The notes under the pieces are model-generated. The model was not told where the DNA came from and ran no database searches. It worked only from the letters and a program-made list of their open reading frames with translations. Below are positions 38,165 to 49,801 of a DNA stretch of 64,000 nt, one piece after another. Within the stretch, counting starts at the first letter, position 1; each line of letters begins with the position of its first letter. A program made the position numbers and the translations under genes. The stretch is from Anthoceros angustus (lineage: Eukaryota; Plantae; Anthocerotophyta): contig VJWM01000226.1 of NCBI GenBank assembly GCA_010909165.1, positions 1 through 64,000 on the forward strand. Reading direction: 5' to 3'.

Positions 38165-38930
38165 TGTCACTCCAAAACCTGAGCACCTCAGCACCCACTC
38201 TAGATACCTGCACATGTGCACACATTTGCATTAAGCCGGCTCAAATTCTTCACAGTGACACCACAAACAGGAGCAGATCAGAGAAGCTGCACCTCGGCAC
38301 CCACTCCAAGGCCAGCACCCTCACACGCCCAGCACCTCACAGCCCCAGAACCTGCACATGTGCACACAAGACCGCAAAGCAGGCTCAAGTTCTTCACTAC
38401 AACATCGCACACAAGGAGAAGCTGCACATCGGCACCCACTCCAACAAAATCACAATGCCACCACCTCACAAGCCTAGCACCTGCACATGTGCACAGAAGA
38501 GCATTATTCAGGCTCAAGTCCTTCACTGTAACATTGCACACAAGGAATGATCAAAGGAGCTGCACCTCGGCAGCCACTAGAGCACCCTCACACGCCCAGC
38601 ACCTCACAGCCCCAGAGCTTGCACATGTCCACAATAGACCGTTAAGCCGGCTCAAGTTCTTCAGGGACACCATAGACAAGGAGAAGCCGCACGTCGGCAC
38701 CCACTCCAAGGCCAGCACCCTCACGCGCACAGCATCTCACAGCCCCAGATCCTGCACATGTGCACACAAGAGCATTACTCAGGCTCAAGTCCTTCACTGT
38801 GACATTGCACACAAGGAATGATCAAAGGAGCTGCACCTCGGCACCCACAAGAGCACCCTCACACGCCCATGACCTCACAGCCCTTGAGCATGCACATGTC
38901 CACACAAGACCGTTAAGTCGGCTCAAGTCT
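38165..38930. repeat. Tandem array, ~135-bp unit with a ~272-bp higher-order dimer
   Basis: GC(T/C)GCAC(C/A/G)TCGGCA at 38286, 38421, 38559, 38686 and 38830; AAGGAATGATCAAAGGAG recurs every second unit. Confidence 0.9.
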
Positions 38931-39179
38931 GGTCCTACTAGTCTTTTCTGTGATAATATGGGTGCTATAGCTTTAGTTGCTAATCCTATGTTTCATGCTA
39001 GGACTAAACATATAGAGCTCTATCATCATTACATCCGGGATGTTGCGGAGAGAGGAATAGTAAAGGTTAAGTATATCAGCACAGAAAATAACACTGCTGA
39101 TATTTTAACTAAGGCTCTTCCTAAAATTAAGCACTTTAAGCACCTAGAGTCACTAGGTCTTAGGGAGTTTCATTTCTAA
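38930..39179 (+). pseudogene. Orphan Ty1/Copia RNase H C-terminal fragment
   Basis: LFCDNMGAIALVANPMFHARTKHIELYHHYIRD...STENNTADILTKAL; it lies outside the LTR pair. Confidence 0.88.
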
Positions 39180-40528
39180 TTTAACAGTTTTACCACTTGG
39201 GCCTTCTGGGTGGCTTTTGACAAAATTTCACAGTTCTTCAGCTTGGAGTTTTTACTAGCTGCTAACTCCTTAGCTTGCTAGTTTTCGCCACCTGAGTCTG
39301 TTTACATGTTTCAAGGCATCCATGGTCAGTATAAAGTTTCTTTACTTTTCTGTTATTTTGCCTCGCACATTGTCATGGATGAAGCATCTGATTTTAAGTC
39401 AAATCGTGAACTGACAAGTAATTAATCTTAGGGTTAGTATTTTTCAACTAACAATTCTCACTGCAGATTATATTTTTACCTTCTGAAGATGCTTCAGGCA
39501 CAGTCCACTCTTCCCACTGTGCGTCCAGTGAGTGTAGATCTTGGATGTCCTGCTCTAGGCGGGCTATCCTCCTTCTTATCACTCCTTGAATCTTTTCTCT
39601 GTCCTCCTCAAAGTGTCTCTGGTCATATCTCATATCTGGATGACGGTTAGGATCAACACGCATCGGACCTCTACGGAGTTTTTCCATTGGCCATGTATCT
39701 GGAGGTGACCTAGGGGGATAAACTGGGATGGGGGAGCAGCATACTCAAAGTTGGAACTGGTCTGGAGCCTGATGCTGTTGAGCCCTGAGGGTCCGTGACC
39801 TTGTGAGGAACATCTTCAGTCACTATAGGATCATAAACACTTTGTGGTTAACAGCAAGCACCTCTTCGACAAAACGAAAAAAAAAAAAAAACAAGTACAG
39901 GATATGCAGAAGACATATAGGGTTTTTCTTTACGACTGGGCAGATGCCCAGGTGCCCAGATGCTCTTATGCACAGATGCCTGCATCTCGTGTGACGATGT
40001 GCATCTCTTTTGGGTTCTGTCTGAAGGCCGGTCATAGGACTCAGAATGAAAAAAAGGACACAAGCTTGAGTTGCGTGAGGGGCGCACCCGTGCGTTCTCT
40101 GTCGCGATGGTCATCAGGGGAATCGGGCTGCAATTGCGCACCTCGGCGAGGGCCCGTTACTGACATTTCTGGCTGAGCATCGGTGTTGAAGAGCTGAGCA
40201 TGGACAGATGCGGGTGGTCCTGGTTGTCGGCGTGCACTCCCGGCAGATTCGGCTGGATGGTGGCGCCCTGCAAGGTTGCCTCTCGGGGCGCGACCTCCCA
40301 CGCTCATTCGCGCCGTGCACGCCCTTCCTCCCTCCATTGTTCTGCGCCGATGCCCTCCGCCGAGCCGACGGCCGCCTGTTCGCTTTTAGTCTGCTCCATG
40401 GTCAGCCGCTTTTGAGGTCGGGCCGGGCGCCACGATACGGCCACGGGAGCGGGAGGGGTATGGGCTTTAATGCCCAACAACCTCCATCATCCATGCATGG
40501 TGATGGGTACATAACGGTTTTTTCACCC

Positions 40529-40620
40529 ATATTTACCCATCCTTATCCGTATTTACTCGTATCTACCTGTATTTACCTGGTATTATTCGTATTTACGTGG
40601 ATTTACCTATTTTTACCTGG
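40529..40620. repeat. Cluster of ATTTAC(C)-type short repeats, possibly a DNA-transposon subterminal region
   Basis: About six ATTTAC-like motifs in ~90 bp at the edge of an AT-rich block. Confidence 0.35.
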
Positions 40621-41329
40621 AGTGATGGATAAATAACTACCTGCTTAGGTTAAGTGGGAGTGTTAAAATGTGAAAGGTTCTTATTAACCTACCAGTTGTT
40701 ATTTAGTTATTTTAATATATTGGTTAGTGGTGAATAGTCACACCTGCTCCCATGAAGTACTTAAGACAATTTTGTATTCAACTTTAATTAATTGCTTTTA
40801 TTCCTTCTTGCAATACAACTAGCTTCCGCTCAATAAAAGTTTCATTCCCATCAATTTTTTCCCTCAATAAAATTTCTTGCATGTAGGTTATGCTATAGCT
40901 ATTGTGATAAATGAATCATCACTTCTTGTCACCACTTCTTGTTACCACCACATTATGGAATCATTGCTCATAGAAGAACAAGTACCTCTTTTGAATACTA
41001 TTAGTGATAATTAGATATCTAGGATAAACTTCTCTAGTCAACATAATATATTTATATTAACTGATTAATTATATTAAATATAAAAGTTTTAACTACATAT
41101 TATAACTCTCTTTGATCCTTAGCAATAGGCCATATGGTGTGGTATAAGGGTGGGAGATCGATAGGACATACCGAAACCCTAATGCACTCCCAATATACTT
41201 GGGTATACATATATAGTTAGACATACCTAATACGAGGCGTCGGCACTTTACTTTGGTATGCATATATAGGTAGACTTACACATACCAGACCTCAGCACTT
41301 TAGGAGCGGATCAATAGTGGGGTGGGAGT

Positions 41330-41866
41330 AACACCCCTCACTGCGCAGTTAGTAAGGAAGCGACAAGTGCTGGCTTCCCAGCGGTCTAGGACCTCGCCAA
41401 TTCACTCCACAAGAGACTTGCACGATTCTCAACGCTCTCAACCTCTCAACACAGCACTAGGCTCCAAGTAGCCCGCCGTCCACTGACTTCTCTCCAGATG
41501 GACCTGCTGTGCTCTCAGGCAGCGGTCTCACTTCCTCTTCTGACGATGCTTCCTCTTCTGACGATGATGAATCTTCAGGTGGTTGAGGCGGATGATCAGC
41601 GGGAGACTGCTGCTTCTTCAGCCTCTCCTTACGCTCCTCATTGACCATCTCGTGCACTCTCTAATCACTCAGAGGAATGGACTATGCTTTGATACCACTA
41701 AAGTAACACCCGTCACTGCGCAGTTAGTAAGGAAGCGACAAGTGCTGGCTTGGCTTTCCAGCGGTCTAGGACCTCGCCAATTCACTCCACAAGAGACGTG
41801 CACGATTCTCAGCGCTCTCAACCTCTCAACATAGCACTAGGCTCCAAGTAGCCCGCCGTCCACTGA
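41330..41866. repeat. Direct duplication of ~155 bp (41330-41485 and ~41703-41866)
   Basis: TCACTGCGCAGTTAGTAAGGAAGCG...CCGCCGTCCACTGA occurs twice. Confidence 0.85.
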
Positions 41867-42343
41867 TGACTCGCAGGCCACCACCACTGATCACTAAGAG
41901 TCCTCTCTAGGCAACTCTTCATTTGTGGCTGTAGCAATTCCTCTCTAACAAGAGATTGCATGAAGCATGCAACGGATGCATTTCTTAACAGGGCAGCTAC
42001 TAACTTAACTTTTTATCTCTTTCAACTTTTCACCTTTCTATCTTATTTCACCAATATCGTTACTGTGGATGTCTTCGAGGGCAAAAAAATTATTATTTGA
42101 TATTTGTCCCATGGGATAAGCGGGACCTACAAGGATGTGCAATGCATGTCCAGCAAGTTTCCAAGATGGGCATGTGTACGTGTCTGTACTCCTGATGCCG
42201 CTGATGCCGTGGCAATGCAGTCCTCGCCTTATCACCATCGCGTGAACGCGGACTGGTACACATATGTACTGTACTACTCGGCCAGTAGATAAAACAATGA
42301 ATACACTGGACCTTCTAGATTCCGTGCAAAACTAGCCGTCCCA

Positions 42344-44007
42344 CTACACAGCAGTAGAATGCCGTGGGTCTTCCACAAGCCTTTCGTATCTGGCGGCTGC
42401 CGCCTGCTTTGCCTGCCGGATGTATTCCGACTTGGTCCAAGGCTCCGGAATCATCTTGAGACAAATGCCCATAGATATGAGCAGGAGACCGGAAACATGC
42501 TGTTCAGTTAGAGGTTTAGTGAAGATTATGTAGGATACTAGCAACGTCACAGCTTTCCTTGCTGTTGTCACCTGTTCGAGACCATGCAAGTATGTCAAAG
42601 AAGCAGAAACAACATAACCAGTAGGAAGCGATGGAGCATGATGTAGAAAGGGCAAGTCTTACCATGGCAGTCGTTGCTGCACCGAAAAGTGCTATCAGAG
42701 AGAGCACCGACAATTGTCCGATGAATGTGGCCATTGCCTCAAAAATCAAAACTAGATAGATGTAGGGATGCTGCACGACAGAAACGAGGTTACCTTCAGT
42801 TAGCAACTGGGAAAATCGGCTTGACTTGCCTAGAGAGCAGAGTGGGTTGGACACGACCTCAAGACCCGCGGACCAAGCCCTAAACAGCTCTCCCGTTAAG
42901 AGCATTGGCGGTATGAGTAGTGGCAGACCCACAGCAGTTGAGCAGAAGAGCATTTCCATCTGCATAGGTCAAATTAGGCTCGTCAGAAAAGCCTGGCCCA
43001 AAGGATTCATCCTCTTCCTGTAATTTCAAATCAGGGGAACAATATGTTTGAGAAGACCTGTGAAGTCGCGGGGTTCATGGTGAAAATAGCCTCCTGGAAG
43101 TTCCCTAGAAAGGCATCCAGTACCAGGGCTCCACTGACCATGACAACGCCAATCACATTGAAATCTGGCGAGGAATGGGCATCAGCTAGAGTGAAAATGA
43201 CCAGGCCTGCAACAAGCATCGATGCTGAAATGTACTCGTGCAGCGGATACTTCCGCCGAAGCCCTGGAATGAAGGCCCCCATAATCATGACCGGCAAGAC
43301 CTGCGACATGGGTGTCAGCGTTGCACTTTTTCTGTTGAAAATCACACAACAACTACGCCTCTAACCTTTTCTCTGGCCGCAAGTGCAAACCATCCAAAAG
43401 CTCACATACCTTGGTGGACTTGAACATAATCTGCGCAGGGTAGTTGAGATACATGAGAGACCCCTTCGTCAGCCCGTGAGACCCCATGAGAACAGCAGAT
43501 AGCTTCACGTATGTTCTCCAAGGATTCACAATCTGCTCCACTCGAAATCCTTGAAGTGACATAAGCGCCAGGTAAACGAATCCTTGCACAAACGTGAAGT
43601 ACCACCCGTAGCTGCAAGCTGCAACACATGAGTAGACAGACAAGCAGCCACACACAGCATCCAACAAACTTCACAACGAAAACGTAGCACGCCATCCAAC
43701 AACATTATGCCTCCTCCGAAACAATTTAGGATCTTACCTGAACTTCAGCCTGTTGTACACATACTCCTACAAAACAAACAATCCTTCCGTCAAATTCCCC
43801 CAATTCCCCCTCCAAGTCATCCCAACATTCCCACAATTGCTACCAGCTGGTGGTGCGGCACCTAAACAATACCTCACAAACGCCATTCACCATGTATCCG
43901 AAAAAGAAGCCCCCTCCGCACACTAGCAGCTGCATCCACCTGGGCTTGGAACTGAGATTGACTCCCAGCAGAGTGACATCAGCCTCCACTTTCTGCGGCT
44001 GCTTCAT
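42344..44007 (-). CDS. Nucleotide-sugar transporter, UTR2/UTR4 (SLC35B3/PAPST2-related) type, 348 aa, 7 exons
   Basis: GT-AG exons 44007-43873, 43766-43738, 43611-43410, 43300-43058, 42959-42858, 42770-42663 and 42571-42344 sum to 1047 nt. Motifs [47 protein letters not shown]. Confidence 0.92.
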
Positions 44008-45003
44008 CTTGAAGAATGAAATGCTCCGCCGGACTCGTCCGGACTCCTCAAATTCCCTCACCGCTCATGCAAACCCCGCCAATTGCACTCCTGCAGAGCA
44101 CTCGGAGTCCCTTGGCTCTCTCACGCGTCTCCTCTTGCTGAGAAACACAAAATGCCGATCATAGCCTTGATCCTCGAGACTTGCTCCCGATCAATTACAG
44201 ACTCCCGCGCGCACATCCAATTCCCTCGCCCCTCCCGCAGCAGCAGCAAGAAATTGCATCCGACTCGCAGCACGAGCCCGACTGCGAGGGCGAATTTCCC
44301 TGCACATGGGCCTTGCTTGGTGGCGTCTTGTAGCAGCCTCCCGTTTTCTTTCTTTGTTTCGACTGAAATGCCTGTCAGACGAAGCCGAAGACGAAGGACG
44401 CGACGAGACCAGACGAGACGGACGAGTCGCGAGCTTGGCAAGTCCTGACTGGCCGCCAGGGTAAACTGCAAACCTCCGTTATACATACTACAGAGAAACT
44501 CCCCAGACACGGAATCCACGTGCCGGGTTCGTTACATACAAACCGCGGGCACCCGTTATGGGACCGGGCGGCGCCCGCTCTTCCCGTCCCGTCCCGTCCT
44601 TGCCGCCGGGGATGAGGGCTGCTCGTCTGCTGCCTTCCTCGGTGAGGCTCTCGCTGCTTTGCTGCAGCATTGAATATTCTGATCGGGATGCGGAGCTTGC
44701 CTCGTCCTGATCGGCCGATTTATGTGGCTCGCGGCTTGGGAGTGGAGCTTTTTATTCTGCTCCAGCCCGTCTATCTGCCGGGCGGGATATTATTGTGTTC
44801 CTGTGTTCCCCGTTATGTACCTGAAATGGGGGAACGGTCTTCTCTCTGGCCGTGGTCGGCAGTCTCAAGTTTGCTTCTCGAGATCTGTGCTGCGACGATG
44901 ATGGGTTCTGGTGAGGTGGCGAAGGTGAGATCTGCTTGCATGGTTTGTGGGCTGTAGGACGTGGGCATGTCGGGGCCCGGGGGTTTAGCTGACGAGGTTT
45001 GTG

Positions 45004-47796
45004 ATGGCATTCGCAAGAAGTGGACCCCGAGTGGTCAACTTTGGGAACAGGAGGATGAGGGGAAGGACCCAGCCGACCAGGCTATTGGCCCTTGTGGGTT
45101 TTTTGGTTGCGGGATTTGTGTTATGGCGGATATTGCTGGGTGTTTCTTCCAGAGCAGTGTCTCGGAACTCAGCGGCAGACCTGGATGGATCCGGGTTGGG
45201 GGAAGTGTGTGATCGCAGGCAGTACCCTGCGGTGTGGGAGTTGAGAGGGGACCAGCTTACGGTTTTGATCAACGGGTTTGCTGAAGAACGGCTTCCCCTT
45301 CTGCAGTCGCATGTGAGATTCTTCTCTTCTTTCCCGATTGTGCATGCCGTGTTCATTTTGTGGGGGAATGTCTCCACTCCAGATTCGGTGCTTGATGAAG
45401 TGGAGTTCACCAGCGTGGGGGCTCCCATATATGTGGTGAGGCAGCGTTCTTTGAGCTTGAACCATCGGTTTCTTCCCAGACCCTACATCAAGACCCGGGC
45501 TGTGATGATATGTGACGATGACATCACGGTGGATGGAGATAGTTTGGAGTTCTCTTTCCGGACCTGGATGAACAATCAGAAGCAGATTGTGGGGTTTTTT
45601 CCCAGAGCGCATTCGTATCAGCTGGACAGCAACGGTTGGATATATACCAAGCTGCCGAACCAGTATTCCATCATGCTTACGAAGCTCATGATTCTGGCCA
45701 CAGAGTACTTGTTTCTCTACACTTGCAACATGCCACAGGGTGTGCGGGAGTATGTGGATCAGGGGATGAACTGTGAGGATCTGGCCATGAATTTTGTCGT
45801 CTCCAACCACAGCGGCTTGGGTCCTTTGCTTGTAGAGGGCAAGCCTCGGGACTGGGGAGACACGAGGAATTCGGCTGGGGAGATGAGCAACATAGGGTTG
45901 AGTGCAAGAGCAGGACATAGGAAGAACCGTGGAGACTGCATAACTGCTTTCCACAGGTTGTGGGGTGGGATGGAGCTCAAGTTCAGCTATGGCAAGATGT
46001 CTCCGTACAAGGAGGAGCAGGCTTTGTGTGACAAGTATGGTTATCTCATCAACTGCGATGAACCTGTAGCCTCCAAACGGCATGCTCAACGGCTTGCAGG
46101 AAAGAATTTGGTCGCTGTTAAGGACAAGTATGCATTTGTGACTGTCCTGTCTAGCAGGAAGCAATTCAACTCATCAGTGGTTTTGGCTCAATCTCTGAGC
46201 AGTTTGGGCAGTGTCCATGATATTGTCCTCCTCCTGCACCCGTCTACTGGAATAAATTTAAGGGATAGTATATTGGAACAGCATTATGATGTGGTGAGGA
46301 AGATGAAACACGCCAATGTTCCAGTGGGTTTCCATGCACTCAATACCTTGCTTCTGAGCGACTATGCTAAGGTTGTGTACATCCATGTCGAGTCGCTTAT
46401 CCTTCAAAATCTCGATCACCTATTCAACCTTGCGGAGCCAGCTGCAGCTCCCCATATTTCCTTCCCTGGTCAGTTTGACACAAGCTTGCTTGTGTTGAAG
46501 CCCTCTAAATTCACCTTCACCAAACTACTTGAATTAGTAGATGAACTTCCACTGCAGTCAAGGACCATGCACCACCTGCTTAATCTATTCTACAACAGCT
46601 GGTACCACATGTCCGCTGACCACAGACTCCCTGTACGGTACAATGCCCCAAAACTCTTCTCCACCCATCTGTCTGCATTGTCAGATATGTTTGGAGGTGT
46701 GAGCCGGACCTATAACATGCTAGGTACCCTTGCCTTAGTAAAGACTAGTAAGCCTCTGCTCACACAGATGTCGCAGGTTATGCAAGCTGACTGTGACAGG
46801 ACCGCATTCTGCAGGGCTTGGTTGGAGCTTTTCAACGATTTGAGAGGTAATGACCTCAATCCCCTTGTTAATACCACTGTCTCGTTACCACAGATGTCTT
46901 TGGTACCGGCTGCAAACACAACAGGGAATCTTATGTGGCCACCTAAGCCACATCCTCACCCAAAGAGGTGGTTCTCGGTTTCCTCAGTGGGGGCACAGTG
47001 CGGGAACAACTGCACCACAGCTATTGCCACCACCATGTGGGACGGTAGGCAGGGCATTTTTCTCCAAGGCTGGGCAGCATCTTTTGCTCGACACCACCCG
47101 CATGAAATGAGACGCCACACTTTGTTACTGGTCTCGTCCACTCTTGATGAGAGCACTTGGCAACCTTACAGTCACCTGTTTGACATGGTCCGAGTTGTGG
47201 ATCCTTTGGTGGCCAACGGCAGAGGCTCACAGATTGTTCTCCATCTGTGGAATCAGACTTATTTCAGCAAACTTGCTTATGTAGACCCCGGCTCCATATT
47301 CAAGGACAATTGTGTTTCCCTGTTCGACTATGGCAGTCCCTTGTCTGCCATTCCCAGCTCCTTCCCGCCTGATAGATTTTCAACCAGGCTAATGGTGGTC
47401 GAACCCAACGAGCAGACATTTTTGCAACTGGTGACCAAGTTGCGCAGCAGTGATGGGGGCCTAGAAGTGCAGGAGCTTCTGAACGTGCACTACAACGATT
47501 GGTATCAGCAGCCATCCTTGCACCGCATTGCTCCCTGGTTCAGCAGAGATGTGAAGGCTGTGATCAGCGGGCTAGTGCCCGATGCCACAGCACCTGAATC
47601 CAAGATTTGGTGCTTTTCAGAATCCAAATATGATCACGAATGGCAGTCTCATCCTGCATTAGTCTCCCGGCTTGCAAAGCTGTGGGAAGAGGCTCTTTGC
47701 TCCCACCAGTGGGGACAAAAACTATCTCTGTGCGGGGTAGCGGATAGCGAAAAGGTTGAAGCCCCGACGGTGCCAGCCTCCTTTGAATTTATGTGA
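45004..47796 (+). CDS. Intronless 930-aa type II membrane glycosyltransferase: GT64 domain fused to two GT8-like domains
   Basis: Signal anchor LLALVGFLVAGFVLWRILLGV. GT64 motifs QLTVLING, LNHRFLP, ICDDD, YSIMLTK, NCEDLAMNFV, RDWGD. Then two glycogenin/PGSIP-like units (YAFVTVL..LAQSL..YAKVVYIHVESL..LKPS..LLN; LWNQTYFSKLAYVDPGS..VVEPN..QELLN). Confidence 0.88.
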   Translation: MAFARSGPRVVNFGNRRMRGRTQPTRLLALVGFLVAGFVLWRILLGVSSRAVSRNSAADLDGSGLGEVCDRRQYPAVWELRGDQLTVLINGFAEERLPLLQSHVRFFSSFPIVHAVFILWGNVSTPDSVLDEVEFTSVGAPIYVVRQRSLSLNHRFLPRPYIKTRAVMICDDDITVDGDSLEFSFRTWMNNQKQIVGFFPRAHSYQLDSNGWIYTKLPNQYSIMLTKLMILATEYLFLYTCNMPQGVREYVDQGMNCEDLAMNFVVSNHSGLGPLLVEGKPRDWGDTRNSAGEMSNIGLSARAGHRKNRGDCITAFHRLWGGMELKFSYGKMSPYKEEQALCDKYGYLINCDEPVASKRHAQRLAGKNLVAVKDKYAFVTVLSSRKQFNSSVVLAQSLSSLGSVHDIVLLLHPSTGINLRDSILEQHYDVVRKMKHANVPVGFHALNTLLLSDYAKVVYIHVESLILQNLDHLFNLAEPAAAPHISFPGQFDTSLLVLKPSKFTFTKLLELVDELPLQSRTMHHLLNLFYNSWYHMSADHRLPVRYNAPKLFSTHLSALSDMFGGVSRTYNMLGTLALVKTSKPLLTQMSQVMQADCDRTAFCRAWLELFNDLRGNDLNPLVNTTVSLPQMSLVPAANTTGNLMWPPKPHPHPKRWFSVSSVGAQCGNNCTTAIATTMWDGRQGIFLQGWAASFARHHPHEMRRHTLLLVSSTLDESTWQPYSHLFDMVRVVDPLVANGRGSQIVLHLWNQTYFSKLAYVDPGSIFKDNCVSLFDYGSPLSAIPSSFPPDRFSTRLMVVEPNEQTFLQLVTKLRSSDGGLEVQELLNVHYNDWYQQPSLHRIAPWFSRDVKAVISGLVPDATAPESKIWCFSESKYDHEWQSHPALVSRLAKLWEEALCSHQWGQKLSLCGVADSEKVEAPTVPASFEFM

Positions 47797-48905
47797 ATGG
47801 CAGGCCCTGTTCTCTGGGTACAAATTTTGAGTGCAAGTGACACAGAACTATACAGATAACTGAGCATCCAATTAAATAAGTGACGAGCGGCTCTGCAAAG
47901 GGCAACCAGCCATAACAGACCTGGCACATCCCTGCTTATCCATGGCACCGTTGGCTATGATAATATTGACTGTGGAAACCTCGTGCTATCTCATAGAGGG
48001 AATCCTTGTTTTCTAAAACTGCATTGCAACCTGGAAGAAGGTGGCAATTATCTGTTCCAAGGAACGTAGGCACCATTGAGCCACCCATGCAGATGTTAGC
48101 TAGTTTACCATGCTTGGACTTCCTGTGTTCCAGGTTCGGCCATACAAGAGTACGACAAAGAGTTGGAGCATCAACTTGCTTAGGACGAATGCAACCATCA
48201 GGGGTACGTAGCCCTGTCAAGGCCATTTCACGCGACACCGGCTGTCTCCTCTTCCCATGTCTAAGCCTAAGCAGTGCGTGAAGGTTACTGCCTAGTCCAT
48301 GAGAGAAGAATCAAGAAGAAAAAGAAGAAAAAAAAAAAACGAAAAAAACGAAACAAATGGCCATGTACCAAAGAGTGGGAAGAACGGATCTGTACCTTAA
48401 GCTCCAAGGCACGTGACCAGGTGCTCAGCCGCCACATCATTCCTCTCTACCGCTAAGTACTACTGAATCAAGCACAAGGTCACATGAGAGGGTACCAAAG
48501 CGTCAAAAGGAAGGCCAGTGCACTGCTACACCAATTCGCTCTGTATAGATTCACCCTAACCCTCTGAGTAGCGACGGAAAAAAGGATGGCAATACGTCCA
48601 TACCAGACCAGAAAAAAGCCAGGCAATTCAGTAGCAAGCGTCATACCCGTCCCTACAGCAGTAGCCTTCTTGAAAAGTGGCAAGGGCGGAAGACCTAGAC
48701 AGCGAGGTCACAAAAGGTGTTCAAAGGCATACATGAGGAAAGGAACCACACGAGCTTCATTGTTTTCACGCAGGAGAAAGCGAAGACAAGCAGCAGGTGT
48801 TGCCATTTGGTTCCCAGGAGAGAGGACTAAACTCCGTAGCTCTCAGTACAATTGGAAAGACAATGAATTCTCATGAGCAACAAAGCGCAGCGGCGGCAAC
48901 GTCAA

Positions 48906-49801
48906 TCAGTTCGCGACTGCATTCTTTGCCTTGCTATCCCGCAGACCGCCCCTGGGAGCGACGCCATTAACCTTCCCATCCTTCCTACCCCCTGTCTCCT
49001 CCACCTCTTCGGGCAGCCCCTCCGCCTCCTTATCATCCAGAATCTCGGACGGATCATCCTTCCTGTTCTTCCAGTAGTCGTCCAGATCCGAGTCCAGCGA
49101 CGAGGCGCCGAACTTCTTGTCCTTGAGCCTCCACTGGTCCAGATCCGCGTCCAGCGCCTCCTTGGTGAGATTCTTCTTCCCCCGGCCGCCGCCCCAGCCC
49201 TTGCCGCCCCGGCCCCTTCCCCGGCCCCGGCCGCGCCCCGGCCGAAGAAGCCCTGCGCCAGCGGCGGCCCGCAGGCCGCTTCAGAATCCCGCTCCTGCAC
49301 CCCGAGCGCCTGCGCGTGCTTCCCGCCCCGGCCCCAGCCGCGCCCCGGCCGAAGCCCTGCGCCAGCGGCGGCCCGCAGGCCGCTTCAGAATCCCGCCCCT
49401 GCACCCCGAGCGCCTGCGCGTGCTTCCCGCCCCGGCCCCGAAGCCCTGCCCTGCGCATACTGCTGCCCGTAGTGCTGCTGGTGCTGGTGGTGGTGAAGGT
49501 GCTGCCCCGGCGCTCGCAGCAAGCCCGGCCCGTAATTCCCCCCGCCTCGCCACGAAGAGTACGCCACCGCTGCGTGCCCGCCGTCGTCCTGGTAGAACAC
49601 TTGCCCCAGCCCCGCAGCTCGGTAGGCCGCTCCCCGGCCTCCCTCCCGGTGCATGTTCCTCCCTCGCCCGCTCCTCCCCAGCACCTTCCCCTCCTCAAAC
49701 AAATCCCGCTTCCGCTTCCACTGCTTGCTCTCGTCCTGCTGCCGTTCCTGCCCCGCTCTTGGAGCTCCCACCCTTTCACAAGATGCAGCAGCTCCTGCCA
49801 T
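48906..49801 (-). CDS. RGG-rich protein with C-terminal FoP-duplication (CHTOP/ALY UBM-like) motifs; frameshifted in the GC-rich repeat
   Basis: The C-terminal frame reads RGKKNLTKEALDADLDQWRLKDKKFGASSLDSDLDDYWKN...AVAN*, preceded by RG repeats. An ~105-bp tandem duplication at ~49235-49445 disturbs the frame. Confidence 0.62.

Noticed and set aside
45169-46164. 331-aa antisense ORF overlapping the GT64 domain
   Set aside because: No recognisable motifs; a typical antisense shadow of a real coding sequence.
48310-48352. Poly(A) tail of a retrocopy or LINE (also 39878-39891)
   Set aside because: No TSD and no upstream LINE or mRNA homology is visible.
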